Positions 19,372-28,503 of a stretch of DNA of 64,000 bases are shown here, one piece after another. Below the pieces are notes generated by a model. That model worked only from the letters and a program-made list of their open reading frames with translations, had not been told where the DNA came from and made no database searches. Both the position numbers and the translations under genes were made by a program. How positions within the stretch are numbered: position 1 is the first letter of the stretch; each line of letters begins with the position of its first letter. The DNA comes from Candidatus Dojkabacteria bacterium (GTDB lineage: Bacteria; Patescibacteriota; Dojkabacteria; SC72), in assembly GCA_040767225.1 (NCBI GenBank), contig JAXGOY010000001.1, positions 31,128 through 95,127 on the forward strand, in the 5' to 3' direction.

Positions 19372-20862
19372 TTATTTACTACCAAACATACCTCCAATAA
19401 GCGGTACTTTTTGCAAGCTCTTTTGTACAGCCTCAAATCCAGCACCAAAACCTTGTTTAGAATCAGGTGGAATGAATGATTCAATAAACTTTGGAGCTTG
19501 AGCAGCGAAGAATAAAACAAAAATCTTTAAGACAAAAATAACAAGACCACCTGCAATATTAGGACCCTCTGCATCGTATCCTTCTGTTTCATATACAAGC
19601 TTTGCTGGTAATCGTAGTTTTGCTGTAGCATCATTTGCTAATAATGCATTTGGTATATTAACTATGAAGAATACAACAGGGAACACCAAAACACTTCTCA
19701 AAACACCTTTCACCCAATTCATAATCGCTTTATTATTCCCAGGTATAGCACCTAATGTAATTTGCAGAGGCCCTAAAATAACTGAGAGTAAAAGCTGAAA
19801 ATATGCTTTAAATAGTGTAATTAATACTTTAATTGCTCCAAATGCTATTATTCCCAATACTATTAAAGCAAAAAATAAACCAAGAGCACCAACAGCTGCA
19901 CCTGTTACCGCCCAACCAATTGGACCAGAAATAAGAGCTCCTAATCCTCCTACACCAGCAAGAATTCCTCCTAAACCAAGTGCACCACCAACTACACTAA
20001 TAATTGTAGCCAACTTAAGTTCTCCAGTAAACACATTAGAGAATAATTTCCCAAATCCAGCTATTGAAGTGGCAGTATCAGAAAGATCAAAAACACTTAC
20101 TATCAAACCTATTATCAATCCACCAAAATCTATAATAAGTCCTGCTATTGCGAAACTAAATGTTGCAACAACTAAAGCAATTATTACATTTGGTAAAACA
20201 TTACCCAATGTAACCATAGCCTGACCTCCTATCTTATGCCTAAACATAATCATAAACCCAGCAATAATCATTACAATAACAAAGAAAAGATATGAAAGGT
20301 TAAGTACATTAGTCCATAATGGCTGTATACCCGCAGCTTTAAGCTCACTATACCCTGACCATGTACCATCCTCAGCATACAGTGCAGTTGTGCTATCTTT
20401 ATACCCTGGAACCCATTGCTGTGCTAAATGATCAGGAACATTCACTAGAGGATAGCTTGCATAAACTGCCATTGAAGCATCATCTATCATCCCTATTACT
20501 CCTCTTCTTAAGTCATATGGAACATTTGCAGCTTCTAGCTTTGCTTTAGTTTCTTCATCCAGAAGGTCCTCTCCACCTAAATAAAGTACACCTGTCCAGA
20601 GCGTTGTTACATTTTGCTGTCCCAAACTTGTTTGAGAGTTATCTTCTGTCTCATCAGCATTATTTACAATATTATGGAATTTTTTCTCACCTTCCCAATC
20701 TGGAGTAATTGTTTGTGGAAGGTCTTCCTGTGCATAAGAATTCAATGTACCAAAAAGCAAAAATATAGTAAGGAAAGACATAAGAGAAACCTTAAAACTT
20801 TTTCTCTCTGTTATCTCCTTCATTTTATTTCCTAAGTTATATATCTTCCTTACATTACTCAT
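19372..20862 (-). CDS. Polytopic membrane protein with VirB6/TrbL-like architecture
   Basis: Signal peptide (FLTIFLLFGTLNSYAQE), a 150-aa exported domain, then 6-7 TM helices. Includes the Gly-zipper stretch VVGGALGLGGILAGVGGLGALISGPIGWAVTGAAVGALG and a C-terminal tail. Confidence 0.4.
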   Translation of the reverse strand: MSNVRKIYNLGNKMKEITERKSFKVSLMSFLTIFLLFGTLNSYAQEDLPQTITPDWEGEKKFHNIVNNADETEDNSQTSLGQQNVTTLWTGVLYLGGEDLLDEETKAKLEAANVPYDLRRGVIGMIDDASMAVYASYPLVNVPDHLAQQWVPGYKDSTTALYAEDGTWSGYSELKAAGIQPLWTNVLNLSYLFFVIVMIIAGFMIMFRHKIGGQAMVTLGNVLPNVIIALVVATFSFAIAGLIIDFGGLIIGLIVSVFDLSDTATSIAGFGKLFSNVFTGELKLATIISVVGGALGLGGILAGVGGLGALISGPIGWAVTGAAVGALGLFFALIVLGIIAFGAIKVLITLFKAYFQLLLSVILGPLQITLGAIPGNNKAIMNWVKGVLRSVLVFPVVFFIVNIPNALLANDATAKLRLPAKLVYETEGYDAEGPNIAGGLVIFVLKIFVLFFAAQAPKFIESFIPPDSKQGFGAGFEAVQKSLQKVPLIGGMFGSK

Positions 20863-20889
20863 TTTTGTATATATATAAAAAGTTATTTA

Positions 20890-22182
20890 TTATTGCGACA
20901 ACGGTATAGCTTCTGTTCTCTTCCCCTTTACTTGAGTCTGAAGAAATTCATTATACTCTCCAGGAGTAGGAGTAGATTCTACATTAGGTACATCATCATA
21001 TTTACTAACTTCCAACTCTTTATACAGATGAGACATATCCCATGCACACTTTACTCCAAAATCTCTTCCATCAATTTTAACAGTACAATCAGTTGTGTAA
21101 TATGTCTTACTTGACGAAGTTGTAGATGGAGGCTTTACAGCATTATTTCTTCTGTTCATATATGCATTTGTACATGCACCACTCTCATCACATCCATCAT
21201 CAGGACCAAAAGGAGAAGCCATTATTAATACAATATCTTCAGCATAGACACAACCTTCCTGATTAAAAAGACATTCATTCCATAAATCATCCGCTATACT
21301 CTTAAAATATGAAATAATTCTACGGCTTAATGATATATGGCATCCCTTAAAAGAAGTCTCCCATTCAATAAATACATCATTGTTTTTTTCACAGCTCTCA
21401 ATTGTTCTCTTCTCCTGTTCTTGTAATTTTTTTTCATTAGGATATCTGTATGTATCATACATAAGTTCGGCTCTTCCATTAGACTTTGTAGGAGTCACAT
21501 TTGATTTATTATTATACTCTTCTCCATCACACTCATTAGTAAGTTTTTTATCTACACCAACCTTCCCTTCTTCTGCAACCTGCCTTTCACCACCAGGCTG
21601 GGCTTCTACAGAATAATCTGTTGTAAATGGTTTATCTTCATCAGAAGGTTTATACTCATCAATTTGTTTTTTAGGAGGTAATTGTGAATTTGCAGTAATG
21701 TCATCAATTTGTTCACCTGCTGCTTTATATGTAGGTGTTTCTGTAGTGATTTTCCTATTTGAATCTGCTACCTCCATCCCAGAGAAAAGTTCAAGAGGTA
21801 CTGTAACAGAAACAAGGTATATCTCTGAATCTTTCTCTACTAAAGTCCCTGTCCTTTTACCCCATTTGTAATCTACAGACCCACTACCACTTTGTACACA
21901 AACCGCTTCAGATTCAATATTTACAGCATTCCCACCACATGAGAAAGTCTCACCAAGAACTTTATTCTCTGCCTGCTGTGTGCTTACTTTTACCTCCTCA
22001 GGCTTAGATGTATCAAGACTCTCAGTTTGAACTTGTGTATTTGCTAATGCTTCCTGTGCAGTTACCTCTTTTATCTCTGGCTCTTTTTTAAACTGATTAA
22101 CAACAAACACCATTAATACACACATAAGTGACATGCCCAGAAGCAAGAGAATTGGTTTTATTTTTTCAATAACCTTTTTCAT
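20890..22182 (-). CDS. Secreted Cys-rich protein, unknown function
   Basis: 430 aa, N-terminal TM/signal (ILLLLGMSLMCVLMVFVV). 18 Cys concentrated in the C-terminal half. 27-nt spacing to the upstream gene. Confidence 0.5.
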   Translation of the reverse strand: MKKVIEKIKPILLLLGMSLMCVLMVFVVNQFKKEPEIKEVTAQEALANTQVQTESLDTSKPEEVKVSTQQAENKVLGETFSCGGNAVNIESEAVCVQSGSGSVDYKWGKRTGTLVEKDSEIYLVSVTVPLELFSGMEVADSNRKITTETPTYKAAGEQIDDITANSQLPPKKQIDEYKPSDEDKPFTTDYSVEAQPGGERQVAEEGKVGVDKKLTNECDGEEYNNKSNVTPTKSNGRAELMYDTYRYPNEKKLQEQEKRTIESCEKNNDVFIEWETSFKGCHISLSRRIISYFKSIADDLWNECLFNQEGCVYAEDIVLIMASPFGPDDGCDESGACTNAYMNRRNNAVKPPSTTSSSKTYYTTDCTVKIDGRDFGVKCAWDMSHLYKELEVSKYDDVPNVESTPTPGEYNEFLQTQVKGKRTEAIPLSQ

Positions 22183-22185
22183 CCT

Positions 22186-23790
22186 TTATTCTAATCCTAC
22201 TATACCATAATTAGGAAGTAAATCTACTTTAGAACCAGTTGTTCCGCTAAGAGCACTAACATCTAATTGTATTTCATCCTGTGCGATATTAAAATCAAAC
22301 TTTTTATCCATTGCTCCCAGAAAACTCCCCTGCAATATGTCATCATCTGAAAAGAGAAAGTAAGAAGAACCATCTGAACTTCTTGCATCTCCGACTACTA
22401 ATGTCCAAGAACCCTGAGCATCCGGAAGAGTAGCAAGATATCCTGAACTTCCTGATGTTCCTTTGCTATCATTATCAATTATTTTAAATATAACAACCCA
22501 ATCAGAAGGATCTGGAGCATTTAAAACTTTACCAGTTCTCATATCAAATGCAGGAGCAGTAGATAATGTAGGCAATGTTGCAACGGAATATTTACTTCCC
22601 CCTTTATCATACACCTTACTCCCAGAGTGTATTTCAAAATAATATGTTGTATTAGGTGATAATCTGTCGCTACTAATATAATGAGAATAATATTTACCTT
22701 TACTAGTAAGAGTATCTCTTGAATCAATCATCTCACTATCTAATCCTGTTTTACTTGTACCATATTTTACATACCCTTCTTCTTTTTCACTTGATCTCCA
22801 TGCAACAACAAAGCTAGTGTCTGTAAGATTAGCAATAACTACACTATCCTGACCTGTTGTAAAAGTGAAACTGCCACTCATACTAGTAGACAAATCATTC
22901 CAAGGGACATCATTTCTTACAATATATACTTCCTCTAAAGGAGTCTCAATTGGATTTGTTGGTTCTGGATTTGGTTCTGGTTCTGGCTCTGGAGGAATTG
23001 GCTCTGCATAAATTGTTTCTCCAAGTAAAACTTCTTTTGGGAAATATGAGATAATTTCCGCTTTGTCTACTGTTTCAATTATTAAATCATTTTTAAGCTG
23101 TCCACTTTTATCAAATAAAGTAGAATAGCTACCTTTTAATACTGCACCTTCGTCTACATCATTTCTTGCTATAACAACAAGGTTAGTATTATCTGTTACT
23201 GGCAAAGAGGTTCCATCCTTTATACTTCTTAAAAGAGAAAGCTCAACAGTCCAATTACCACTCTGGGGAAGATCCACAGATACAGGGTAGCTACTTTTAT
23301 CCTCTAATGTAATATACACAACTGTATCTTTAATATTACTTCCAGCAACAGTACCCAATGCATATGAGGGAACAGGTGTATCTTCCATTACTGAAGCTGT
23401 TGTAAATTCATAAGGACCAGAGCTTCCCTTTGTATATTTCTCCTCATCTGAAACTATGACGAATGAGTATTTTGTTGAAGGTTCTAAGCCCTTTACTTCA
23501 ACATAATGGATTTTCCTTTTTCCATCACCTCTTTTATCAAGCATAGGATTTTGCTCTGTACCGTTGAGCACAGGAATAACATAGCCATTTACAGATTTGT
23601 CTGTAATCCAGCTAATCGTCAAAGAATTCGACCCAACATTAGAAACAACAATGTCATGGGGTGTAGGATCCTCTCCAGCTCTTGATATTAATTGTATCCC
23701 TTTATACACAGCAAAAACTGTTAAAGGAACACCCACTATCAAAATCAATACATATTTAAGCTGTCTTTGCTGATGAGGAGTTAATTTCAT
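22186..23790 (-). CDS. Membrane-anchored protein with two fibronectin-III/PAP-N-like beta-sandwich domains
   Basis: N-terminal TM (YVLILIVGVPLTVFAVY). Blocks SLTISWITDKSVNGYVIP...KYSFVIVSDEEKY and SFVVAWRSSEKEEGYVKYGT...TYYFEIHSG. PEPEPEPNPEP linker. Confidence 0.5.
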   Translation of the reverse strand: MKLTPHQQRQLKYVLILIVGVPLTVFAVYKGIQLISRAGEDPTPHDIVVSNVGSNSLTISWITDKSVNGYVIPVLNGTEQNPMLDKRGDGKRKIHYVEVKGLEPSTKYSFVIVSDEEKYTKGSSGPYEFTTASVMEDTPVPSYALGTVAGSNIKDTVVYITLEDKSSYPVSVDLPQSGNWTVELSLLRSIKDGTSLPVTDNTNLVVIARNDVDEGAVLKGSYSTLFDKSGQLKNDLIIETVDKAEIISYFPKEVLLGETIYAEPIPPEPEPEPNPEPTNPIETPLEEVYIVRNDVPWNDLSTSMSGSFTFTTGQDSVVIANLTDTSFVVAWRSSEKEEGYVKYGTSKTGLDSEMIDSRDTLTSKGKYYSHYISSDRLSPNTTYYFEIHSGSKVYDKGGSKYSVATLPTLSTAPAFDMRTGKVLNAPDPSDWVVIFKIIDNDSKGTSGSSGYLATLPDAQGSWTLVVGDARSSDGSSYFLFSDDDILQGSFLGAMDKKFDFNIAQDEIQLDVSALSGTTGSKVDLLPNYGIVGLE

Positions 23791-23821
23791 TTCATAATGA
23801 TACTAAGAAACAATGATAATA

Positions 23822-24121
23822 TCAATCATTTTTATCTTCTTCTCCTGATTTAAACCCCTCTACAATTCCAGATATTACACTTGCAACTGCGGAAATCCCA
23901 TGCAATGCACCTGTGATTTGTAACACAGGAGTCTTAACGGTATCAATAATCCGATTAACTTCAGAAACAATATTATTAATATCCTCTACAGCTTTGTTCA
24001 CCCCTTTTATAGAATCTCTAGACTCTTTAAGAAGCATTGCTAATTGATACAAAACATAACATACAAAAACTACTAATATTCCAACAATTAGCATCCAAAA
24101 TATAGCAGGTATTTCTTCCAT
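23822..24121 (-). CDS. Small membrane protein (N-terminal TM plus helical domain; DUF948-like), first gene of the operon
   Basis: 99 aa, TM IFWMLIVGILVVFVCYVLY. An AT-rich divergent intergenic region lies upstream at 24122-24204. Confidence 0.45.
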   Translation of the reverse strand: MEEIPAIFWMLIVGILVVFVCYVLYQLAMLLKESRDSIKGVNKAVEDINNIVSEVNRIIDTVKTPVLQITGALHGISAVASVISGIVEGFKSGEEDKND

Positions 24122-24204
24122 CTTTTTATCTCTTAAATTTAAAATATATTACAATTATCGTTATTTTTAATGGTATATGTCAAGTTAAATGATATAATTA
24201 CAGA

Positions 24205-24933
24205 ATGAATAGATTCTTTATAAAACATAAATTAAGTATAGGTGATGTAACACATCTCTCTGATTCGGACAGCGAATTTGTAATAAATAACCTTAAACTA
24301 AAACCAGAAAACTTCATAGAAGTTGAAACATATGAATCAATATTTCTAGGAGTAATCACTGATACATCCAATAACTCTGTTGAGGTTGAAATTATTAATA
24401 AGATTGAAGATAAAAAGAGTAAAAACATATTTGATGTAACAGTTATTCAATCATTAATAGGTAGAGAAAGAATGAATTTTGTTATTGAGAAGGCTGTAGA
24501 GATTGGAATAGATAGAATAATCCCAGTAGAATCACAGTATTCAAATATAAAAAGAAGTAAGGCAGTTAAAGAGTATGGACTATGGAAAAAAATCATTGAA
24601 GATGCTATTGAACAGTCAAGAAATATTAAACCTACGATAATTGAAAAACCTATTAAATTAGAAGATCTTAAGATTGATAATCATGTAAACAAGATATGTC
24701 TATCTACAGAGAATACTGATAGTATAAGTTTAAGAGAATACCTAAAAGGTATAAATATTAAACGACCCATTCTCTTTGCAGTTGGACCCGAAAAGGGCTG
24801 GGGAAGTAAGGATATCGAATTTTTTAAGGAGAATAATTTTAAATTTATTAAGCTTGAGGGAAATATACTAAGATCTGAAAGTACAGGCTTGGTTGTTGGA
24901 AGTATAATTGAGTATTTGAAAGGGAATATATAA
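24205..24933 (+). CDS. rsmE: 16S rRNA (uracil1498-N3)-methyltransferase RsmE
   Basis: 242 aa. VIQSLIGRERMNFVIEKAVEIGIDRIIPVESQYS...LFAVGPEKGW...LRSESTGLV is an RsmE-family pattern. Confidence 0.7.
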   Translation: MNRFFIKHKLSIGDVTHLSDSDSEFVINNLKLKPENFIEVETYESIFLGVITDTSNNSVEVEIINKIEDKKSKNIFDVTVIQSLIGRERMNFVIEKAVEIGIDRIIPVESQYSNIKRSKAVKEYGLWKKIIEDAIEQSRNIKPTIIEKPIKLEDLKIDNHVNKICLSTENTDSISLREYLKGINIKRPILFAVGPEKGWGSKDIEFFKENNFKFIKLEGNILRSESTGLVVGSIIEYLKGNI

Positions 24934-25955
24934 TGAGAAAAACTTTAAGAAGCAGTTACAAAAAATCCAGAGAAAGATATCAGAGAAGATCTCCTAAATA
25001 TTACACAAAAGAGGATATTTTCATTTCAAGAATGGCTAGTATTTTGATGGTTCCAAGACACAGAATAATTAGTATGTTTAGTCAAAGAGCAAAAACAACA
25101 ATTCGTTTAAACGGGCTAAAGGGTGCTCCAAAAGAAACATATAAAATGCTTAAATCAAGAGGATATATACTTACTCCAATACCTTGGGCTAACAATGTAT
25201 ATTTTGTAGAGAATAGGGATAAGGCAGAAATATCTCAAATTGAAGAATACAGAAATGGCCTTTTCTACATACAAGATTTATCAAGTATTCTTGCAACTCT
25301 AATATTAAATCCTCAAGAACAAGAAAATATCTTAGATATGTGTGCTGCTCCTGGTAGTAAAACAACACATATTGCAGATATTACAAATAATAAAGCAAAA
25401 ATATTGGCTAATGATTCAGAGGTTAGTCGTACTAACTCTCTGAGAAATGTAGTTGAACAGTTTGGTGCAAGTAATGTAAAAATAACATTAAGTGATGGAA
25501 GAGACTTTGGCAGGAAGTATCCTGAATATTTCGATAGGGTTTTGCTTGATGCTCCATGCAGTGGAGAGGGAAGAGTATATATGAATAGTTCTAATCCTCT
25601 TAGATTTTGGAGTATAAAAAAGGTTAAAAGCAGTACATATATTCAAAAAGAGCTAATAGATTCTGCTTTTAAGACATTAAAAACTAATGGGACACTTGTA
25701 TATTCAACATGTACACTTGAACCTGATGAGAATGAAGGAGTTATTACATATCTTTTAGAAAAGTTTAAGAATGCTAAGCTTGAAGATATTGATATTGTAA
25801 ATTCAAAAGAGTTTGAAGATCACAAAAAGCATATTGCAAGCGGAATTACACATTGGAGTGGAAATCAATACAACACACTAGTAAAGAAGTGTATAAGGAT
25901 AATTCCATCATCTGAAATGATGGGGTTCTTTATTGCAAAGATTAAAAAAGTATAA
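24933..25955 (+). CDS. RsmB/NOP2/Sun-family rRNA cytosine-C5 methyltransferase
   Basis: ILDMCAAPGSKTTHIAD (SAM motif I), LLDAPCSGEG (motif IV with catalytic Cys), and TLVYSTCTLEPDENE (second Cys). Confidence 0.8.
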   Translation: MRKTLRSSYKKSRERYQRRSPKYYTKEDIFISRMASILMVPRHRIISMFSQRAKTTIRLNGLKGAPKETYKMLKSRGYILTPIPWANNVYFVENRDKAEISQIEEYRNGLFYIQDLSSILATLILNPQEQENILDMCAAPGSKTTHIADITNNKAKILANDSEVSRTNSLRNVVEQFGASNVKITLSDGRDFGRKYPEYFDRVLLDAPCSGEGRVYMNSSNPLRFWSIKKVKSSTYIQKELIDSAFKTLKTNGTLVYSTCTLEPDENEGVITYLLEKFKNAKLEDIDIVNSKEFEDHKKHIASGITHWSGNQYNTLVKKCIRIIPSSEMMGFFIAKIKKV

Positions 25956-25956
25956 A

Positions 25957-28053
25957 CTACTTTTCTTCGCCATTCCCTTCCTTGGCCTGTTTAATACTTA
26001 ATCTCAACTTACCATCTCTTTCTTTAGAGATAAGCTTTACTTTAACTTCATCTCCTTCCTTTAAGTATTTCTTTACATCTTTTACATATTCATCAGTAAT
26101 CTCTGAAACATGAACTAATCCTGAAAGACCTGGAGCTATTTCAACAAATGCACCATATTCCATCAGTCCTACAACTTTTCCATCATATATTTCTCCAACA
26201 GTAGGAACAAGTCCAAGTTTTTTTACATAACTGAGTGCTTCATCAATAGATTTCTGATTCATAGAATATATATTTACAGATCCATCTTCTTCTACACTAA
26301 CCTCTGCACCTGTTTTCTCTGTTAACTCTCTAATATTTTTCCCACCTGGACCTATGAGTTCTCCAATTTTATCTACTGGAATGGAAGCTCTCGCAACTTT
26401 AGGTGCATATTTTGATATTTCTGCTTTTGGTTCAGATATGGCTTTTCTCATTACCTCTAAAATCTTTAATCTTGCTTCTTTAGATTTCTTAAATGTTTCT
26501 CTTACTATATCCATACTTAATCCTCTCATTTTTGTATCCATTTGTACTGCTGTAACTCCATCTGCTGTACCAGTAATTTTAAAATCCATATCTCCATAAA
26601 AGTCTTCAACATCTCGCATATCTACTAACACATGGAAACTACCATCTTCATTAGTTACAAGACCACATGCGACACCTCCAACCATCTTTCTAATAGGAAC
26701 ACCTGCAGACATTAATGCAAGTGTTGAACCACATGCTGATGCCATAGAAGAAGAACCGTTTTCTCCTTGTACCTCTGACATAACAAGAATTGTATATGGA
26801 AATTCATCAACAGAGGGAACTACAGGAATTAGAGCTTTTTCTGCCAACATCCCATGTCCTATTGCTCTTCTGCTTGGAGCAAGTTTTACTCTTTCAGCCT
26901 CACCATATGCAAAAGGAAGATCATTGTAATAGTGCATGTATCTTTTTTCTTTTTCACCAAGCATATCATCAATGAGTTTAGCATCCTCTAATGTTCCAAG
27001 TGTAGCAACAGATAACACCTGAGTTATACCTCTAGTAAATAATCCTGAACCATGAACTCTTGGGAGTAAATCTACCTCTGCCTCCATTTCTCTAATTTCA
27101 TCAAATCCTCTCCCATCAACTCTCTTCTTCTCCTCATTTATATACTTCCTCATTGCCTGCTTTTGAAGTAAATCATATCCTTCACTTAACTGAAGTTTAG
27201 AGTATTTACCTTCAAACTTCTTAAAAATTTCCTCTTTTGCAGCTTCATGGACACTCTTATCACTTTTTAAAAGATTATCTAATACCCTATCTCCTAGAAA
27301 TTCAGAAAGCTCTTTTACCATTGTTTCATCAGGCTGAAACGATGTATATGTTTTATCTTTTTTGTCTAGAAGTTTTACAAATTCATTTTGAGCATCTACC
27401 CATTTTTTCATTTCTTCAAGACCAGTTTCCATAGCTTTAAATACTTCACTCTCCTCAACCTCAAAACAACCTGCATCAATCATAGTAAACTCTTTACCAT
27501 CACCACCAAGAACATAGTTAAGCTGATTTTGTTTATCAACATCCTCCATATTCCTATATATATCCTTCATAACACCATCTTCCATACCAATCCTTACACC
27601 AGCAACAGGACCATCAAAAGGTGCTTTTGAATTAAGCAGTGCCACAGAAGCAGCATTAATTGCCAGTATCACAGGATCATTCTCTTCATCATATGACATA
27701 ACAGTAACAATGAGACTTAATTCGTCTCTGTAATCATGAGGGAACCTGCAACGAAGTGCTCTATCAATCATTCTTGCCTTAAGCACAGCATCATCACTAG
27801 GAAATCTCTCTATTTTAACAAATCTAGATCCACTAATTTTTCCAGAAGCATAAAACCTCTCAATATATTCAACAGACATAGGGAAAAAATCACTATCAGG
27901 GTTTGCAGGTGCTGTATTAACATTAACCTCCACTACTGTATCTCCCATTCTTGCAATAATTGCACTTTGAGATTTTAAAGCAAGTTTCCCAGTTTCAAAT
28001 GAACATTTTCTTCCATCTATTTCAAATTCATAAATCTTAGGATTAAATAGCAT
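25957..28053 (-). CDS. pnp: Polynucleotide phosphorylase
   Basis: 698 aa, two RNase PH domains, KH and a C-terminal S1 domain (GKVVGLMEYGAFVEIAPGLSGLVHVSEI). Confidence 0.95.
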   Translation of the reverse strand: MLFNPKIYEFEIDGRKCSFETGKLALKSQSAIIARMGDTVVEVNVNTAPANPDSDFFPMSVEYIERFYASGKISGSRFVKIERFPSDDAVLKARMIDRALRCRFPHDYRDELSLIVTVMSYDEENDPVILAINAASVALLNSKAPFDGPVAGVRIGMEDGVMKDIYRNMEDVDKQNQLNYVLGGDGKEFTMIDAGCFEVEESEVFKAMETGLEEMKKWVDAQNEFVKLLDKKDKTYTSFQPDETMVKELSEFLGDRVLDNLLKSDKSVHEAAKEEIFKKFEGKYSKLQLSEGYDLLQKQAMRKYINEEKKRVDGRGFDEIREMEAEVDLLPRVHGSGLFTRGITQVLSVATLGTLEDAKLIDDMLGEKEKRYMHYYNDLPFAYGEAERVKLAPSRRAIGHGMLAEKALIPVVPSVDEFPYTILVMSEVQGENGSSSMASACGSTLALMSAGVPIRKMVGGVACGLVTNEDGSFHVLVDMRDVEDFYGDMDFKITGTADGVTAVQMDTKMRGLSMDIVRETFKKSKEARLKILEVMRKAISEPKAEISKYAPKVARASIPVDKIGELIGPGGKNIRELTEKTGAEVSVEEDGSVNIYSMNQKSIDEALSYVKKLGLVPTVGEIYDGKVVGLMEYGAFVEIAPGLSGLVHVSEITDEYVKDVKKYLKEGDEVKVKLISKERDGKLRLSIKQAKEGNGEEK

Positions 28054-28144
28054 AAATATATATTATTAAATATTAAATATCAGAAATATAACTGTGTAGT
28101 TATATCAAGATAGCAGGAAAAAAGAAAGACCTAAAATATTCTCT

Positions 28145-28408
28145 TTATATCTTTAACTTCTTAGAAAAGATAGCATATCTCTCTGGTTCATTTTCTGAAA
28201 GATACTCTATTAACCTTCTTCTCTTTCCAACCTTTTGCAACAGACCTCTTCTTGAATGATTATCCTTTTTATGAACTTTAAGATGCTCGCTTAATCTCTG
28301 AATTTCTTCTGTTAGTATAGCAATTTGGACTTCTGGAGAACCCGTATCACCTTCGTGAAGTGCAAATTTATTGATTATCTTTTGTTTTTCATCTTTAGAT
28401 AGTGCCAT
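28145..28408 (-). CDS. rpsO: 30S ribosomal protein S15
   Basis: [57 protein letters not shown]..., 87 aa. Confidence 0.95.
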   Translation of the reverse strand: MALSKDEKQKIINKFALHEGDTGSPEVQIAILTEEIQRLSEHLKVHKKDNHSRRGLLQKVGKRRRLIEYLSENEPERYAIFSKKLKI

Positions 28409-28503
28409 GTATTCTAGATTATCATTATATATTTATTTTGACAATAGGCAGATACAATATATACCCTATTGTATATTATTATAGGTTTAATGTCAATTAT
28501 TCA

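Noticed and set aside
28054-28144. Short palindrome ATAACTGTGTAGTTAT in the rpsO-pnp spacer, a possible RNase III/autoregulatory hairpin as in the E. coli pnp leader
   Set aside because: It has only a 6-bp AT-rich stem, so the thermodynamic stability is doubtful. It is noted but not called.
28409-28503. Imperfect inverted repeat CAATAGG...CCTATTG upstream of rpsO
   Set aside because: The stem is 7 bp with a 16-nt loop in AT-rich sequence, too weak to call as a regulatory structure without folding energetics or conservation.
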